From NCBI GenBank assembly GCA_963766735.1, contig CAVYBU010000007.1, positions 256,001-320,000 of the forward strand: 64,000 nt of DNA. Direction: 5' to 3'. Below are positions 9,175-19,899 of this stretch, one piece after another (within the stretch, counting starts at the first letter, position 1; every line of letters begins with the position of its first letter). Under the pieces are notes generated by a model. The model was given only the letters and a program-made list of their open reading frames with translations. It had not been told where the DNA came from and ran no database searches. This DNA is from an uncultured Chloroflexia bacterium (GTDB lineage Bacteria; Chloroflexota; Limnocylindria; Limnocylindrales; CSP1-4). The translations under genes were made by a program, and so were the position numbers.

Positions 9175-10854
9175 ATGCAGAGCACGTGCCACCCCTCCGT
9201 CGCTCAACGCCTCGCCAGGCTCGCGCCGGACCAGCGGGCGGCGGCGACGGCACCACCGGGTCCCGTTCTTGTCGTCGCCCCGGCTGGCTCGGGCAAGACG
9301 ACGACGCTCGTGGCCCGCGTCGCCTGGATCGTGGACGGCGGCACGGACCCGGCATCGGTCTGCGTCGTCGCGTTCAACAAGAGGGCGGCAGTGGAGCTCT
9401 CGGAGCGGCTGGATGCCGCCCTCGAACCGCTGGAGGTTGCCCCGGGCTCCGTGCGGGTCCGGACCTTCCACGCCCTGGGACGCGAGGTCCTGCGCGACGC
9501 GTCCGTGTCGGTCGATCCACTGGTCGATCGGGACGATCTGCTGCGGGAGCTCTTCCCGGGGATCGGGGCGGCGGACCGGGGACGGCTCGATCTCGCGTTC
9601 TCGCGGCTCAAGCTGGACCTGCGGGTCACGGCGGACGAGGTCGCAACGGACCCCTCGCCGGGGCCGGTTGCGCGGGCGTACATCACGTATGAGCGGGCCG
9701 TCCGCGAGTCGGGCGGGGTGGACTTCGATGACCTCGTGCTCCGGGCGGTGGGGTGCCTCGAGTCGGACCCGGTGCTCCTCGCGCGCTGGCGGGCGCGGAC
9801 GACCACGCTGCTGGTCGATGAGGCACAGGACCTGGACCGCACGCAGCTCGATCTCGCGCTCCTGCTCGCGGCGCCCGCCAACAACGTGTGCCTGGTCGGT
9901 GACGACGACCAGACGGTCTACGGCTGGCGTCTGGCTGATGTTCGCCGGGTGCTGGGCCTGGCGGCCTCCCTGCCTGGGCTGCGGCGGGTGAACCTGGAGA
10001 CGAACTACCGGTGCCCGCGCCCGGTCGTGGCGAGGGCGGTGCGCCTGGTGGAGCACAACCGGGAGCGCTACACCAAGCGGATCAAGGCGGGCCCCGCTGC
10101 CAGCGGGCGGCTCGTCCTGGCCCCGGACGCCGCGGACGACACCGTCCGGGTGATGCGGGCGATGCGCACCTGGCCGGACGACGGGTCCACGTGCGCCGTC
10201 CTCGCCCGGACGAACCGCGAGCTGCTCGTGGCCGTGGTGGCCGCGGTGGAGCTGGAGGTTCCGTTCAGGGCTCCGGACCTTCCCCTCCCGATCGAGGACC
10301 CGCGCCTGGACGCGCTGCTGGATCGCCTGCAGGCTGCGCCGGCCGCCGATCGGGCCGTCGCACCCACGCTGCTGCCGGCGCTCGGATGCCTCCGCGCGGT
10401 CGTGCGAGCCGAGGATGACGCTGCGGGCGTCGAACCCGGCGACGAGCCCTCGCGCGCCGACCTCGTGACGGCCCTCCTCGGCTGGGCGGCAGCTCTCCCT
10501 GGTCCCGCAGCGCTGCGCTCGGCCGTCGAGGGGCGGCGGGCCGCACTCGCCCGGCTCCGGCGCGACGACGCGGCGCTCACCCTGGCAACCGCCCACGGGA
10601 CCAAGGGCCTCGAGTGGGACCACGTGCTGGTCATGACCGACGGCTTCCCGGGCCGGCGCTCCATCACGGACGCGGCCGAGCCGGAACGGGCGCTCGAGGA
10701 GGAGCGCCGTCTCGCCTACGTCGCCTGGACGCGCGCCCGCCGGTCGCTCACGCTGCTGTACGACCCGGAGGCGCCCTCCCGGTTCCTCTCAGAGGCGTTC
10801 GAACCCGACGAGATCCTGACGGACCCCGGCCGCGCGTACACTCGCCCGACCTGA
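9175..10854 (+). CDS. UvrD/Rep-family SF1 helicase (compact)
   Basis: Q motif (PDQRAA), APAGSGKT, DEAQD, GDDDQTVYGWR, NYRC, TAHGTKGLEW, EEERRLAYVAWTRAR. Confidence 0.9.
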   Translation: MQSTCHPSVAQRLARLAPDQRAAATAPPGPVLVVAPAGSGKTTTLVARVAWIVDGGTDPASVCVVAFNKRAAVELSERLDAALEPLEVAPGSVRVRTFHALGREVLRDASVSVDPLVDRDDLLRELFPGIGAADRGRLDLAFSRLKLDLRVTADEVATDPSPGPVARAYITYERAVRESGGVDFDDLVLRAVGCLESDPVLLARWRARTTTLLVDEAQDLDRTQLDLALLLAAPANNVCLVGDDDQTVYGWRLADVRRVLGLAASLPGLRRVNLETNYRCPRPVVARAVRLVEHNRERYTKRIKAGPAASGRLVLAPDAADDTVRVMRAMRTWPDDGSTCAVLARTNRELLVAVVAAVELEVPFRAPDLPLPIEDPRLDALLDRLQAAPAADRAVAPTLLPALGCLRAVVRAEDDAAGVEPGDEPSRADLVTALLGWAAALPGPAALRSAVEGRRAALARLRRDDAALTLATAHGTKGLEWDHVLVMTDGFPGRRSITDAAEPERALEEERRLAYVAWTRARRSLTLLYDPEAPSRFLSEAFEPDEILTDPGRAYTRPT

Positions 10855-10877
10855 CCACCGGGAGCGAGGAGGAGCCG

Positions 10878-11447
10878 ATGCCCACGCGACGAGACGGAAC
10901 AGAGCCGGTGATCGCACACGGCGCGGTCTACCTCCGCGCCGGCGAGCGGGAGGACATCCCGCTGTTCGTCACCTGGATGACGGACTACCGCACGGTGCGG
11001 ACCCTGACGGTGGCGGCACCGATCTCCCTCGCAGCCGAGGAGAAGTGGTTCGAGCGGACCACCGAGGACCAGGGCAAGGGCGGCTACTTCTTCGTCGCCT
11101 GCCTCCTCGAAGACGACCGGGCGATCGGCACGATGGGCCTGTTCGAGCTGGACCTGCGGAACGGGAGCGCGGGGCTCGGCATCGCCATCGGCGCGCCGGA
11201 GGATCGGGGCCGGGGGCTCGGCGCGGACATGCTCCGCGCGCTGCTCGCGTTCGGGTTCGGGACTCTGCGGCTGGAGCGGATCTGGCTGGACGTCTACGCC
11301 ATGAACACCGCGGCGAGGCGGGTCTATGAGCGGGTGGGGTTCGTACACGAGGGCACGATGCGGCGGGCTCTCTTCCTCGAGGACGAATTCCAGGACGTCC
11401 ACCGCATGGCGATCCTCGCGGACGAATGGCGGGCCGCACGCGGATGA
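10878..11447 (+). CDS. GNAT acetyltransferase, RimJ/RimL-like
   Basis: GAGGAGGAG RBS; RGRGLG acetyl-CoA motif; LRLERIWLDVYAMNTAARRVYERVGFVHEG. Confidence 0.88.
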   Translation: MPTRRDGTEPVIAHGAVYLRAGEREDIPLFVTWMTDYRTVRTLTVAAPISLAAEEKWFERTTEDQGKGGYFFVACLLEDDRAIGTMGLFELDLRNGSAGLGIAIGAPEDRGRGLGADMLRALLAFGFGTLRLERIWLDVYAMNTAARRVYERVGFVHEGTMRRALFLEDEFQDVHRMAILADEWRAARG

Positions 11448-11920
11448 GCCGCCTGCCGGCTCTCGGTCCCCGGGGCGAGGGCTGGGTCATCATCCAGTTC
11501 GTCCTGCTCGGGGTGGTGGCGGTCTCCGGCCTGGCCGGTCCCGCCTGGGGAGGCCAGGCTCGCGTGGTCACCTCGGTCCTCGGGGCAGTGCTCCTCGCCC
11601 TGGGCCTGCTGCTCGCGGGCCGCGGGCTGCTGGACCTCCGGGAGGCGCTCACGCCGCTCCCCCACCCTCGCGACGGCGCCTCGCTCGTCCATACGGGGTC
11701 ATACCGCCTCGTTCGCCACCCGATCTACGGCGGGATCATCATCGGGGCCGCGGGGTACGGGCTGCTGATGGCATCACCCCTGACGCTGGCCGGAGCCGCG
11801 GTCCTGCTGGGGTTCTTCCGCCTCAAGTCCGGGCGCGAGGAGGTGTGGCTGGAGGCGCGCTACCCCGGCTACGCGGCCTACCGGGTCCGCACGCGGCGTC
11901 TCTTGCCGCTCATCTACTGA
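11444..11920 (+). CDS. Isoprenylcysteine carboxylmethyltransferase / PEMT-family membrane protein
   Basis: LVHTGSYRLVRHPIYGG and EE..L...YPGY..Y motifs; ATGA overlap with the GNAT stop. Confidence 0.85.
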   Translation: MSRLPALGPRGEGWVIIQFVLLGVVAVSGLAGPAWGGQARVVTSVLGAVLLALGLLLAGRGLLDLREALTPLPHPRDGASLVHTGSYRLVRHPIYGGIIIGAAGYGLLMASPLTLAGAAVLLGFFRLKSGREEVWLEARYPGYAAYRVRTRRLLPLIY

Positions 11921-11924
11921 TCCG

Positions 11925-12263
11925 CTACTGGAGCTCGCGCTTCGCCAGGACCTTCAGGAGCCGATCGATCGCGACCAGGAATGGCTCCGTCACGTCGCTC
12001 GAGAGCGCATCCCGGATGGAATCCTTCGGCCCGTAGGCGGCGCGGGCCCGCAGCGCCAGGCGGCGCAGGTCGGCGAGGTCCCCGTCGCGAAGGTGATCGG
12101 GCAGCGGCTCGAGGTAGGTGATCCAGCGGGCTGCGTCCCGGGCGCGAGCGTCGTCGAGGAGGCGATCCGCCGCGCGGGCGGCCACCAGCGCCGCTTCGTC
12201 GATACCCGGACGCTCGTGGCGGGCAGGGCCACGCTTCGAGGCCCCGCCGGCTCCCGAGGTCAT
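11925..12263 (-). CDS. Hypothetical helical protein
   Basis: MTSGAGG...AARWITYLEPLPDHLRDG...AYGPKDSIRDAL; ATGA-coupled to the upstream gene. Confidence 0.65.
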   Translation of the reverse strand: MTSGAGGASKRGPARHERPGIDEAALVAARAADRLLDDARARDAARWITYLEPLPDHLRDGDLADLRRLALRARAAYGPKDSIRDALSSDVTEPFLVAIDRLLKVLAKRELQ

Positions 12264-12694
12264 GAGTCCAGCGTGCCCGCCGGAGCTCCATCGGCAGTCG
12301 GCCGCACCAGCACGAGCCCAAGGCGCTTCCGCTCGGAGCCGTTGACGAGGATCCGGAACGAGTAGTCGCCGGGTGACGGGAACGTGAGGTTCCAGAGGTC
12401 GATGCTGAAGGTCAGGATCGCGTCCCGGCCATCGGGCTGGCCCCGGGCGACCAGGCTGCCGGTGGCGCCCGTGACCTCGTGCCCGTCGGGGTCCAGGAGG
12501 ACGATGCGCAGATCGTGCTCGCGCTCGGTCTCGGGAGCCGTGACCATCAGCCCGACGACCAGTGCCAGGTGCGGGTGGCGGAGCGGGAAGGTGCGCCCGC
12601 CGATCCGCGTGATGCCCCCACCCAGGACGTGGAACTTCTGGCCCGGCTGGGTCTCGGCGGAATCCGCGAGGAACGCGTAGTCGATCTCCGGCAT
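12260..12694 (-). CDS. DUF6941-like beta-sandwich protein
   Basis: MPEIDYAFLADSA...KFHVLGGG...FPSPGDYSFRILVNG; TACGAT -10 element 6 nt upstream of the ATG. Confidence 0.75.
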   Translation of the reverse strand: MPEIDYAFLADSAETQPGQKFHVLGGGITRIGGRTFPLRHPHLALVVGLMVTAPETEREHDLRIVLLDPDGHEVTGATGSLVARGQPDGRDAILTFSIDLWNLTFPSPGDYSFRILVNGSERKRLGLVLVRPTADGAPAGTLDS

Positions 12695-12770
12695 GGCCCC
12701 ATCGTAGCCCCATGCGGAGCGGCGCGACGACTCGGGCATGTGCCGCATCCACGCGCCCGACGGCCGAAGC

Positions 12771-15700
12771 TCAACCGGGACGCGGGCCTACCGCTCCCCG
12801 GCGGATCGTGCTGCTGCGACCCGCTTGCTCGACGGGACGACCTGGGGCGCGGGAGCGGACCCCGACCGCGCTGCCGAGGCCCGGGCGCCCGGCCTCGTCC
12901 GCAAAGGTGACGTGGCTCAGCGGAACGAGCGGCTCGCCGCGCAGGACCCGCGCGAGGTACTCGCCGGTGGCGGACCCGGCGGCTTCGGCGACATGCTCCG
13001 GGGTGCCCTCCGCGATCACGAGCCCCCCGCGGTGACCCCCCTCCGGGCCCAGGTCCACGATCCAGTCCGCGGTCTTGATCACGTCGAGGTTGTGCTCGAT
13101 GACCAGCACCGTGTTGCCGTTGTCCACGAGGCGGTGGAGGACGTGAAGCAGCTTGTCCACGTCGGCGAAGTGAAGGCCGGTGGTGGGCTCGTCCAGCAGG
13201 TAGAGCGTCTTGCCGGTTGCCCGCCGCGACAGCTCCGTGGCCAGCTTGACGCGCTGGGCCTCGCCGCCGGAGAGCGTCGTCGCCGGCTGGCCCAGGTGGA
13301 CGTACCCCAGGCCCACGTCGTAGAGCGTCTGGAGCTTGTTCCGGATCTTGGGCACGGCGGTGAAGAAGTCGAGCGCTTCCGCGACGGTCATCTCGAGCAC
13401 GTCCGAGATCGACCGGCCCTTGTAGTGGATCTCCAGGGCCTCGCGGTTGTAGCGCTTCCCGTGGCAGATCTCGCACGGGACGTAGACGTCCGGCAGGAAC
13501 TGCATCTCGATCTTGATGATCCCGTCACCCTTGCAGTTCTCGCACCGGCCACCCTTGACGTTGAAGCTGAAGCGGCCGGGCAGGTAGCCGCGCACGCGCG
13601 CGTCGGGCGTGCCGGCGAAGAGCTCGCGGATGGGGCCGAAGAGGCCGGTGTAGGTGGCAGGGTTGGACCGCGGCGTGCGGCCGATGGGACTCTGGTCGAT
13701 CTCGATGATCTTGTCGATGTGCTCCACGCCCTCGACTGCATCGTGGGCGCCTACCTGCGCCCGGGCGCCGGTCAGCTCCCGGGCCAGCGCCCGGTACAGG
13801 ACCTCGTCGACGAGGGTGCTCTTGCCGGAACCCGAGACACCGGTCACGGCGATGAACGTGCCGAGCGGGAACCGCACATCCACGTTCTTGAGGTTGTGCT
13901 CCCGCGCGCCGCGCACGACCAGGTGCCTGCCGTTGCCGAGCCGGCGCCGCTCCGGGATGGCGACCTGCCGCTCCCCGCGCAGGAAGGCGCCCGTGATGGA
14001 GCGCGGCTCCGCCAGCAGCACCTCCAGGGGGCCGTTCGCGATGATCTCGCCACCGTGCTCGCCCGCCCCGGGCCCGATGTCGATCACCCAGTCCGCGGTC
14101 CGGATCGTCTCCTCGTCGTGCTCCACGACAAGCACCGTGTTGCCCAGGTCCCGGAGCCTCGTCAGCGTTGCGATCAGCTTCGCATTGTCGCGCTGGTGGA
14201 GGCCGATGGACGGCTCGTCCAGGATGTACAGGACGCCCATGAGCGTGGTTCCGATCTGGGTGGCCAGCCGGATCCGCTGCGCCTCCCCGCCCGACAGGCT
14301 GATGCTCGCCCGGTCCAGCGTCAGGTAGTCCAGGCCGACATCCACGAGGAACCCGAGCCGGGCCACGATCTCCTTGAGCACCTGCCGGGCGATCGTCTGC
14401 TCCCGCTCGGTCACCCGGTCCGAGATGCCCGCGGCCCAGTCAAGGGCGTCGGTCACCGACAGCCCGGAGATCTCCGAGATGTTCTTCGCGTCCACCGAGA
14501 CCGCCAGCACCTCCGGACGCAGGCGGCGCCCCTGGCACGTGGGACAGGGTTTCTGGACCATGAACCTCTCGAGCTCGGTCCGGATGTACTCCGATTCCGT
14601 TTCCCGGAAGCGCCGCTCGAGGTTGGTGACGACGCCCTCGAACGTGGCCACGTAGCTGTTCTCGCCCCGCTCGTGGCGATAGCGCACGACGACCTTCTCG
14701 TCCTTGGGCGCGTACAGGAGGAGCTCGACCGCCTCGGGCGGCAGGTCGCTCACCGGCACGTCGATCCGCCACCCGCGCGACGCGAACACCGCCTCCGTGA
14801 TCTTCATCCGCCACGAGATCTCGGTGGGCATCTTGTTCCACGGTGCCAGGGCACCGGCCTTGATGCTGCGGCTCCTGTCCGGGATCACCAGGCCCGGGTC
14901 GATGACGAGCTGCGTCCCAAGACCCGTACAGGTTGGGCAGGCACCGTGCGGCGAGTTGAACGAGAAGCTCCTGGGCTCGAGCTCGTCGATCGTGGAGCCG
15001 TCGTAGGGGCAGCTGTACCGCTCGCTGTACGGACGCTCCTCGAACTGGGGCACCTCCCCGTCCCGCGGCACGGGCGCGATGACCACGACCCCCTCGCCCA
15101 GGCGGAGCGCGGTCTCGACGGAATCCGCCAGCCTCGTCGCGTCCGGGTCCGGCAGCGCGGCGCCGGTCTCGGGGTCCACGGGTCGCCCGCGCTCGTCCGT
15201 TGCCCAGCCTTCCGGTGTCTCCGCCCGCCGGACGACGAACCGGTCCACCACCACCTCGATGGAGTGCCGCTTGTACTTGTCGAGGGTGGGGGCCTCCGAG
15301 AGGTCGTACTGCGTGCCGTCCACGCGCACGCGGACGAAGCCCTGCTTGCGCGCTCCCTCGAAGACGCGGTCCCCCTCGGTCTTGCGATCCTTGACCAGCG
15401 GGCCCAGCACCAGGAGCCGCGTCCCATCGGGCAGCGCCAGCACCTGGTCCACGATCTGCTGGATCGTCTGGCGTTCGATCTCCCTGCCGCACGCCGGGCA
15501 GTGCGGGTGCCCGATCCGGGCGAACAGGAGCCGGAGGTAGTCGTAGATCTCGGTGACGGTGCCGACCGTGGACCGCGGGTTCCGGCTGGCGCCCTTCTGG
15601 TCGATGGAGATCGCAGGTGACAGGCCGTCGATCTGGTCGACGTCCGGCTTCTCCATCTGGCCCAGGAACTGCCGGGCGTACGCGGACAGGCTCTCGACGT

Positions 15701-15863
15701 AGCGGCGCTGGCCCTCCGCGTAGATGGTGTCGAAGGCGAGGCTGCTCTTGCCGCTGCCGGACAGGCCCGTGATGACCACGAGCCGGTCTCGCGGGAACGC
15801 GACGTCCACGTTCCTGAGGTTGTGCTCGCGCGCTCCGCGCACGACGATCTGATCCTGGGGCAC
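12771..15863 (-). CDS. uvrA: Excinuclease ABC subunit A
   Basis: [30 protein letters not shown], two ABC cassettes, zinc fingers, LSGGEAQR twice. Confidence 0.98.
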   Translation of the reverse strand: MPQDQIVVRGAREHNLRNVDVAFPRDRLVVITGLSGSGKSSLAFDTIYAEGQRRYVESLSAYARQFLGQMEKPDVDQIDGLSPAISIDQKGASRNPRSTVGTVTEIYDYLRLLFARIGHPHCPACGREIERQTIQQIVDQVLALPDGTRLLVLGPLVKDRKTEGDRVFEGARKQGFVRVRVDGTQYDLSEAPTLDKYKRHSIEVVVDRFVVRRAETPEGWATDERGRPVDPETGAALPDPDATRLADSVETALRLGEGVVVIAPVPRDGEVPQFEERPYSERYSCPYDGSTIDELEPRSFSFNSPHGACPTCTGLGTQLVIDPGLVIPDRSRSIKAGALAPWNKMPTEISWRMKITEAVFASRGWRIDVPVSDLPPEAVELLLYAPKDEKVVVRYRHERGENSYVATFEGVVTNLERRFRETESEYIRTELERFMVQKPCPTCQGRRLRPEVLAVSVDAKNISEISGLSVTDALDWAAGISDRVTEREQTIARQVLKEIVARLGFLVDVGLDYLTLDRASISLSGGEAQRIRLATQIGTTLMGVLYILDEPSIGLHQRDNAKLIATLTRLRDLGNTVLVVEHDEETIRTADWVIDIGPGAGEHGGEIIANGPLEVLLAEPRSITGAFLRGERQVAIPERRRLGNGRHLVVRGAREHNLKNVDVRFPLGTFIAVTGVSGSGKSTLVDEVLYRALARELTGARAQVGAHDAVEGVEHIDKIIEIDQSPIGRTPRSNPATYTGLFGPIRELFAGTPDARVRGYLPGRFSFNVKGGRCENCKGDGIIKIEMQFLPDVYVPCEICHGKRYNREALEIHYKGRSISDVLEMTVAEALDFFTAVPKIRNKLQTLYDVGLGYVHLGQPATTLSGGEAQRVKLATELSRRATGKTLYLLDEPTTGLHFADVDKLLHVLHRLVDNGNTVLVIEHNLDVIKTADWIVDLGPEGGHRGGLVIAEGTPEHVAEAAGSATGEYLARVLRGEPLVPLSHVTFADEAGRPGLGSAVGVRSRAPGRPVEQAGRSSTIRRGAVGPRPG

Positions 15864-15892
15864 GGCCGAAGTCTACCCGATCAACGTGAAAC

Positions 15893-15906
15893 AGAACAGG
15901 TGTTCT
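15893..15906. promoter_or_regulatory. LexA (SOS/Cheo-type) box upstream of uvrA
   Basis: AGAACAGGTGTTCT = GAAC-N4-GTTC palindrome, at the expected -35 position of a TAGACT -10 promoter. Confidence 0.8.
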
Positions 15907-15963
15907 GGACGACGACGGAGCCGGTCCGGGCTTGCCCAGCCTGGGCTCCCGCGCCGGTGCCGA

Positions 15964-16770
15964 TCAGGCGATCGGCGGGCCGGCCTCGATCCTGGCCAGC
16001 AGCTCCTCGACCGATCCCCGCTGGGGCGACAGGCTCTCCAGCCACCAGGTGGCGCCCGCCGCCCCGAATGCCGCCACGGCATCCGCCCCGGACGGCTCGG
16101 AGAGCCCGAAGACCGCGATGTCGAAGGGTGCACCGGCCCGTCCCGCCGCGGCCAGCTCATCCCCCATCCGGCCCACCATCGTGGCAAACGCATCCGCCGG
16201 GAGCGTCATCGCCAGGCCGTCGTCGTCGACCGCGATCGCCACCCAGCCGTCCCACCGGGCCGCGCGCCGCAGCGCCCCCGGCCGCATGCCGCCCAACCAG
16301 ATCGGTGGCCGGGGCTCCTGGGCGGGTCTCGGGCCGGTCACCGCGCCGCCCACGCCGCGCAGGTATCCATCGACCAGCGACGCGGTCTCGTCGAACCTCG
16401 CCATCCGATCCCCTGCCTCGAACAATTCGCCGAACGCGGTGAAGTCGCCCGGGTCCCCGCCCGCGCCGATCCCCAGCACGAAACGCCCCCCGCTCCACCG
16501 GTCGAGCGTCGCCGACGCCTGGGCGACCAGCTGCGGACGTCGCCGCGGCAGCGCCACGACCGACAGGATCAGGCGCAGGCGATCGGTCGCGGAGGCGACC
16601 GCCGTCAGCGCCACGAACGGATCCGCGGCCGCGGCGCCCATCGACGTCCCGAGGCTGTCCCAGGTGCTCAGGCCGTCCCAGCCCGCGCGTTCGGCCGCAA
16701 CGGCAAGGCGGACGATCGACGCCGGGTCCGCGAGATCGCCCAGCGGGGCGATGTCGATCGCGTAGCGCAT
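15964..16770 (-). CDS. LLM-class (luciferase-like) flavin-dependent oxidoreductase
   Basis: AERAGWDGLSTWD, DPFVALTAVASATDRLRL, LDRWSGGRFVLGIGAG, PPIWLGG...ALRRAARWDGW. Confidence 0.88.
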   Translation of the reverse strand: MRYAIDIAPLGDLADPASIVRLAVAAERAGWDGLSTWDSLGTSMGAAAADPFVALTAVASATDRLRLILSVVALPRRRPQLVAQASATLDRWSGGRFVLGIGAGGDPGDFTAFGELFEAGDRMARFDETASLVDGYLRGVGGAVTGPRPAQEPRPPIWLGGMRPGALRRAARWDGWVAIAVDDDGLAMTLPADAFATMVGRMGDELAAAGRAGAPFDIAVFGLSEPSGADAVAAFGAAGATWWLESLSPQRGSVEELLARIEAGPPIA

Positions 16771-16779
16771 TGGCTTCCC

Positions 16780-19143
16780 TCAGTAGCCGCGGGTACGGCG
16801 GTTGGGCCGCTGGCCCGTCCGACGCTTGATGTTCGGCGTGACGGTGTGGTCCCACGTGGGCCGGTCCAGCCAGCGAGCCTGCCAGCCGGCGGCGTCCTCG
16901 TCGTCGTGCTCGTCCCGGATCCCCGGGAACAGGTCGGTGGCCACGCCGGACGGGTCCTCCTCCCCGGACGGATCCGCGTTCTCGTTGGTGCCCGGCTCCT
17001 CCCCCGCCCCGAGCACCCTGACCTCGGTCACCTCGAAGGACCCCACCCCTCTCTCGCGCTCCGCGCGATGGGCGGCACCGCGCTCCTTCGCCGGCACCAG
17101 CGCGTCCTTCGCGGCGCGCTCGGCCGCCCGAGCGACCATCACAGACGCGTCCTGCTCCAGCACCCTGAGCCTGACCTGCTGGATCTCGTCCCGCAACGCC
17201 GCGGCCCGCTCGAACTCCAGCTGTTTGGCGGCCGACTTCATCTCGGCCTCCATCCTGGCGACCAGGCGTTCCACCTCGGCCTTGTCCGCGGCCGCCAGCT
17301 GCTGGCCGCGGCGCTCCGAGCTGTACATCACCGTGTTCTCGGCCACCGCACGCAGCCGGTCGTTGATGTCGTGGATGCCCTTGATGATCGTGGCGGGCTC
17401 GATGTCGTGCTCGACGTTGTACCGGGTCTGCACCTCGCGTCGCCGGTTCGTCTCGTCGATCGCGACCCGCATCGACTCCGTGACCCGGTCCGCGTACATC
17501 ACCACCTCGCCGGCGGTGTTGCGGGCGGCCCGGCCGATCATCTGGATCAGCGACCAGGCGCTGCGGAGGAACCCCTCCTTGTCCGCGTCGAGGATCGCGA
17601 CCAGGGTCACCTCCGGCAGATCCAGCCCCTCCCGGAGGAGGTTGATGCCCACCAGCACGTCGTAGACCCCGAGGCGCAGGTCCCGGAGGATGGCGACCCT
17701 TTCCAGCGTGTCCACCTCGCTGTGGAGGTACTGGACCTTGATGCCCAGCTCCTTGAGGTAGTCCGCGAGGTCCTCGGCCATCTTCTTGGTCAGCGTGGTC
17801 ACCAGCGAACGCTCGCCCCGCTCCACGCGTCCGCGGATCTCCTCCAGCAGGTCGTCGATCTGGCCCTCGGTGGGACGCACCGTGATGGGCGGGTCGATGA
17901 TCCCCGTGGGCCGAACCAGCTGCTCGACGATCCGCTCGCTCTTCTCGTGCTCGTACGGGCCCGGCGTCGCCGAGACATAGATCGTCTGGTTGACGTGCGC
18001 CTCGAACTCCTCGAACGTCAGCGGCCGGTTGTCCAGCGCGGACGGGAGCCGGAAGCCGAAGTCGACCAGGATCTCCTTGCGGGTCCGGTCGTTCTTGTAC
18101 ATCCCGACCACCTGCGGGATGGTCATGTGTGACTCATCGACCATCAGCAGCCAGTCCGGCGGGAAGTAGTCCAGGAGCGTCCAGGGCCGGGACCCGGGTT
18201 CCCGCTGGGAGAGGTGTCGCGAGTAGTTCTCGACGCCGCTGCAGTAGCCCAGCTCCCGGAGCATCTCCATGTCGAACGTCGTCCGCTGGCGCAGGCGTGC
18301 CGCCTCCAGGGCGCGGCCCTCGGCCTCCATCTGGCCGACCCGGAGCTCCATCTCCGCCTCGATGTCTGCGACGGCCTGGCCGAGCTTCTCCTTGGGCGTC
18401 ACGAAGTGCGTGGCCGGGAAGACGTTCAGCTCCTTGCGTTCCGCCAGGAGCTCTCCCGTGAGCGGGTCAAGCTCCGTGATCCGCTCCACGTCGTCCCCGA
18501 AGAACTCGACGCGAACGATGATCTCGGAGCTGGCCGGCCCGATCTCCAGCGTGTCCCCGCGGACGCGGAACTTGGCGCGGGTCAGCGAGGCATCGTTGCG
18601 CTGGTACTGGAGGTCAACGAGGTGGCGCAGCACGGCATCCCGCCGGTACTGCCCGCCGACGCGCAGGCGGAGCACGGTGGCGCCGTAGTCCACCGGGGCG
18701 CCCAGGCCGTAGATGCAGGACACGGACGCGACGATGATCACGTCCCGGCGCTCGAACAGCGCGTGGGTGGCGGCGTGGCGGAGGCGGTCGATCTCCTCGT
18801 TCCGGCTGCTGTCCTTCTCGATGTAGGTGTCCGAGCGCGGGAGGTACGCCTCCGGCTGGTAGTAGTCGAAGTAGCTGACGAAGTACTCGACGGCGTTGTC
18901 CGGGAAGAACTCCCGGAACTCGGAGTACAGCTGGGCGGCCAGCGTCTTGTTGTGGGCGAGGACCAGCGTCGGCTTGCCGTGGCGGACGATGGTCTGGGCC
19001 ATCGTGTACGTCTTCCCGGACCCCGTCACGCCCAGCAGGGTCTGGTGGCGGAGGCCGCGGCCGAGCCCGTCCACGAGGCGATCGATGGCCTGTGGCTGGT
19101 CGCCCGTGGGCTCGAACGGAGCGACGAGACGGAAGTCCGGCAC
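16780..19143 (-). CDS. uvrB: Excinuclease ABC subunit B
   Basis: [57 protein letters not shown] domain [11 protein letters not shown]. Confidence 0.98.
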   Translation of the reverse strand: MPDFRLVAPFEPTGDQPQAIDRLVDGLGRGLRHQTLLGVTGSGKTYTMAQTIVRHGKPTLVLAHNKTLAAQLYSEFREFFPDNAVEYFVSYFDYYQPEAYLPRSDTYIEKDSSRNEEIDRLRHAATHALFERRDVIIVASVSCIYGLGAPVDYGATVLRLRVGGQYRRDAVLRHLVDLQYQRNDASLTRAKFRVRGDTLEIGPASSEIIVRVEFFGDDVERITELDPLTGELLAERKELNVFPATHFVTPKEKLGQAVADIEAEMELRVGQMEAEGRALEAARLRQRTTFDMEMLRELGYCSGVENYSRHLSQREPGSRPWTLLDYFPPDWLLMVDESHMTIPQVVGMYKNDRTRKEILVDFGFRLPSALDNRPLTFEEFEAHVNQTIYVSATPGPYEHEKSERIVEQLVRPTGIIDPPITVRPTEGQIDDLLEEIRGRVERGERSLVTTLTKKMAEDLADYLKELGIKVQYLHSEVDTLERVAILRDLRLGVYDVLVGINLLREGLDLPEVTLVAILDADKEGFLRSAWSLIQMIGRAARNTAGEVVMYADRVTESMRVAIDETNRRREVQTRYNVEHDIEPATIIKGIHDINDRLRAVAENTVMYSSERRGQQLAAADKAEVERLVARMEAEMKSAAKQLEFERAAALRDEIQQVRLRVLEQDASVMVARAAERAAKDALVPAKERGAAHRAERERGVGSFEVTEVRVLGAGEEPGTNENADPSGEEDPSGVATDLFPGIRDEHDDEDAAGWQARWLDRPTWDHTVTPNIKRRTGQRPNRRTRGY

Positions 19144-19176
19144 GCGCGGATCCTACCACGCGAACCCTCCCGAGAT

Positions 19177-19190
19177 AGAACGTCCGTTCG
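19177..19190. promoter_or_regulatory. LexA (SOS) box upstream of uvrB, in the divergent uvrB/tad intergenic region
   Basis: AGAACGTCCGTTCG = GAAC-N4-GTTC. Confidence 0.78.
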
Positions 19191-19309
19191 ACGTCCGAGG
19201 AGGCCGCCGGAAGAGAGACCGTACCGGGACCAACGACCCATTTCCTCGCCGGTGGGGCTCGCGGACACTTCGGGTACCAAGCCACCCCCGGAGTTACCGC
19301 AAGGCCCCG

Positions 19310-19897
19310 ATGCCTACCCCGCTGCGCCGTACCGATTCCGCGTGCGTGGCCGCGCCGCGCCGGTCGATGCTGCGCCGGCGCCGCTCCGGAGAAGGCGGCC
19401 AGGCGCTGGTCGAGTTCTCGCTGATCCTGACCCCGCTCCTGTTCCTGCTTCTCGGCGTGGTCCAGTTCGGCTTCATCTTCAACTCCTACATCACGGTCTC
19501 CACCGCGGCCCGCGAGGCAGCGCGTGAGGGTTCCATCTACGTCTACGACCGTACGGTCGCCCAGGCCGTGAACGACGCGGCCCGGAACGAGCGCATCCGC
19601 TCGTCGCTGCTCGCGTCGCTCAATGGCCTGGCCACGACAGCACCCAACCTGGCGAACGGCACGACCTGGACGTCGGCCTCGTCGGGCACGACGACGACCT
19701 ACACCAACGGCGACATCACCGTCACCTATGCGCTACCGGGTTCCGTGACCGCCAACGACACGCGACAGGGCTACAGGGTCACCGTCCGAGCGACCTACCA
19801 CCAGGACCTCGTGATCCCCCTGGTCAGCGTGTTCCTCCCCCAGGACGCAGGCGGCCGCCTTCCCCTCGCGGGCGAAGTGACCATGGTGATCAACTGA
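19310..19897 (+). CDS. TadE-family pseudopilin
   Basis: GQALVEFSLILTPLLFLLLGVVQFG...AAREAAREG prepilin motif; the start could also be 19367. Confidence 0.88.
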   Translation: MPTPLRRTDSACVAAPRRSMLRRRRSGEGGQALVEFSLILTPLLFLLLGVVQFGFIFNSYITVSTAAREAAREGSIYVYDRTVAQAVNDAARNERIRSSLLASLNGLATTAPNLANGTTWTSASSGTTTTYTNGDITVTYALPGSVTANDTRQGYRVTVRATYHQDLVIPLVSVFLPQDAGGRLPLAGEVTMVIN

Positions 19898-19899
19898 CC

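Noticed and set aside
12738-15620. Long antisense or alternative-frame ORFs (e.g. 12738-15620 +, 2056-4134 +, 38516-40993 +, 40797-43397 -)
   Set aside because: They are shadows of real genes caused by high GC and stop-codon scarcity, with no recognisable motifs.
19200-19309. c-di-GMP riboswitch upstream of the tad genes
   Set aside because: The GEMM motif elements (GGCAAAC...GAAA...GACGCAAAG) are absent.
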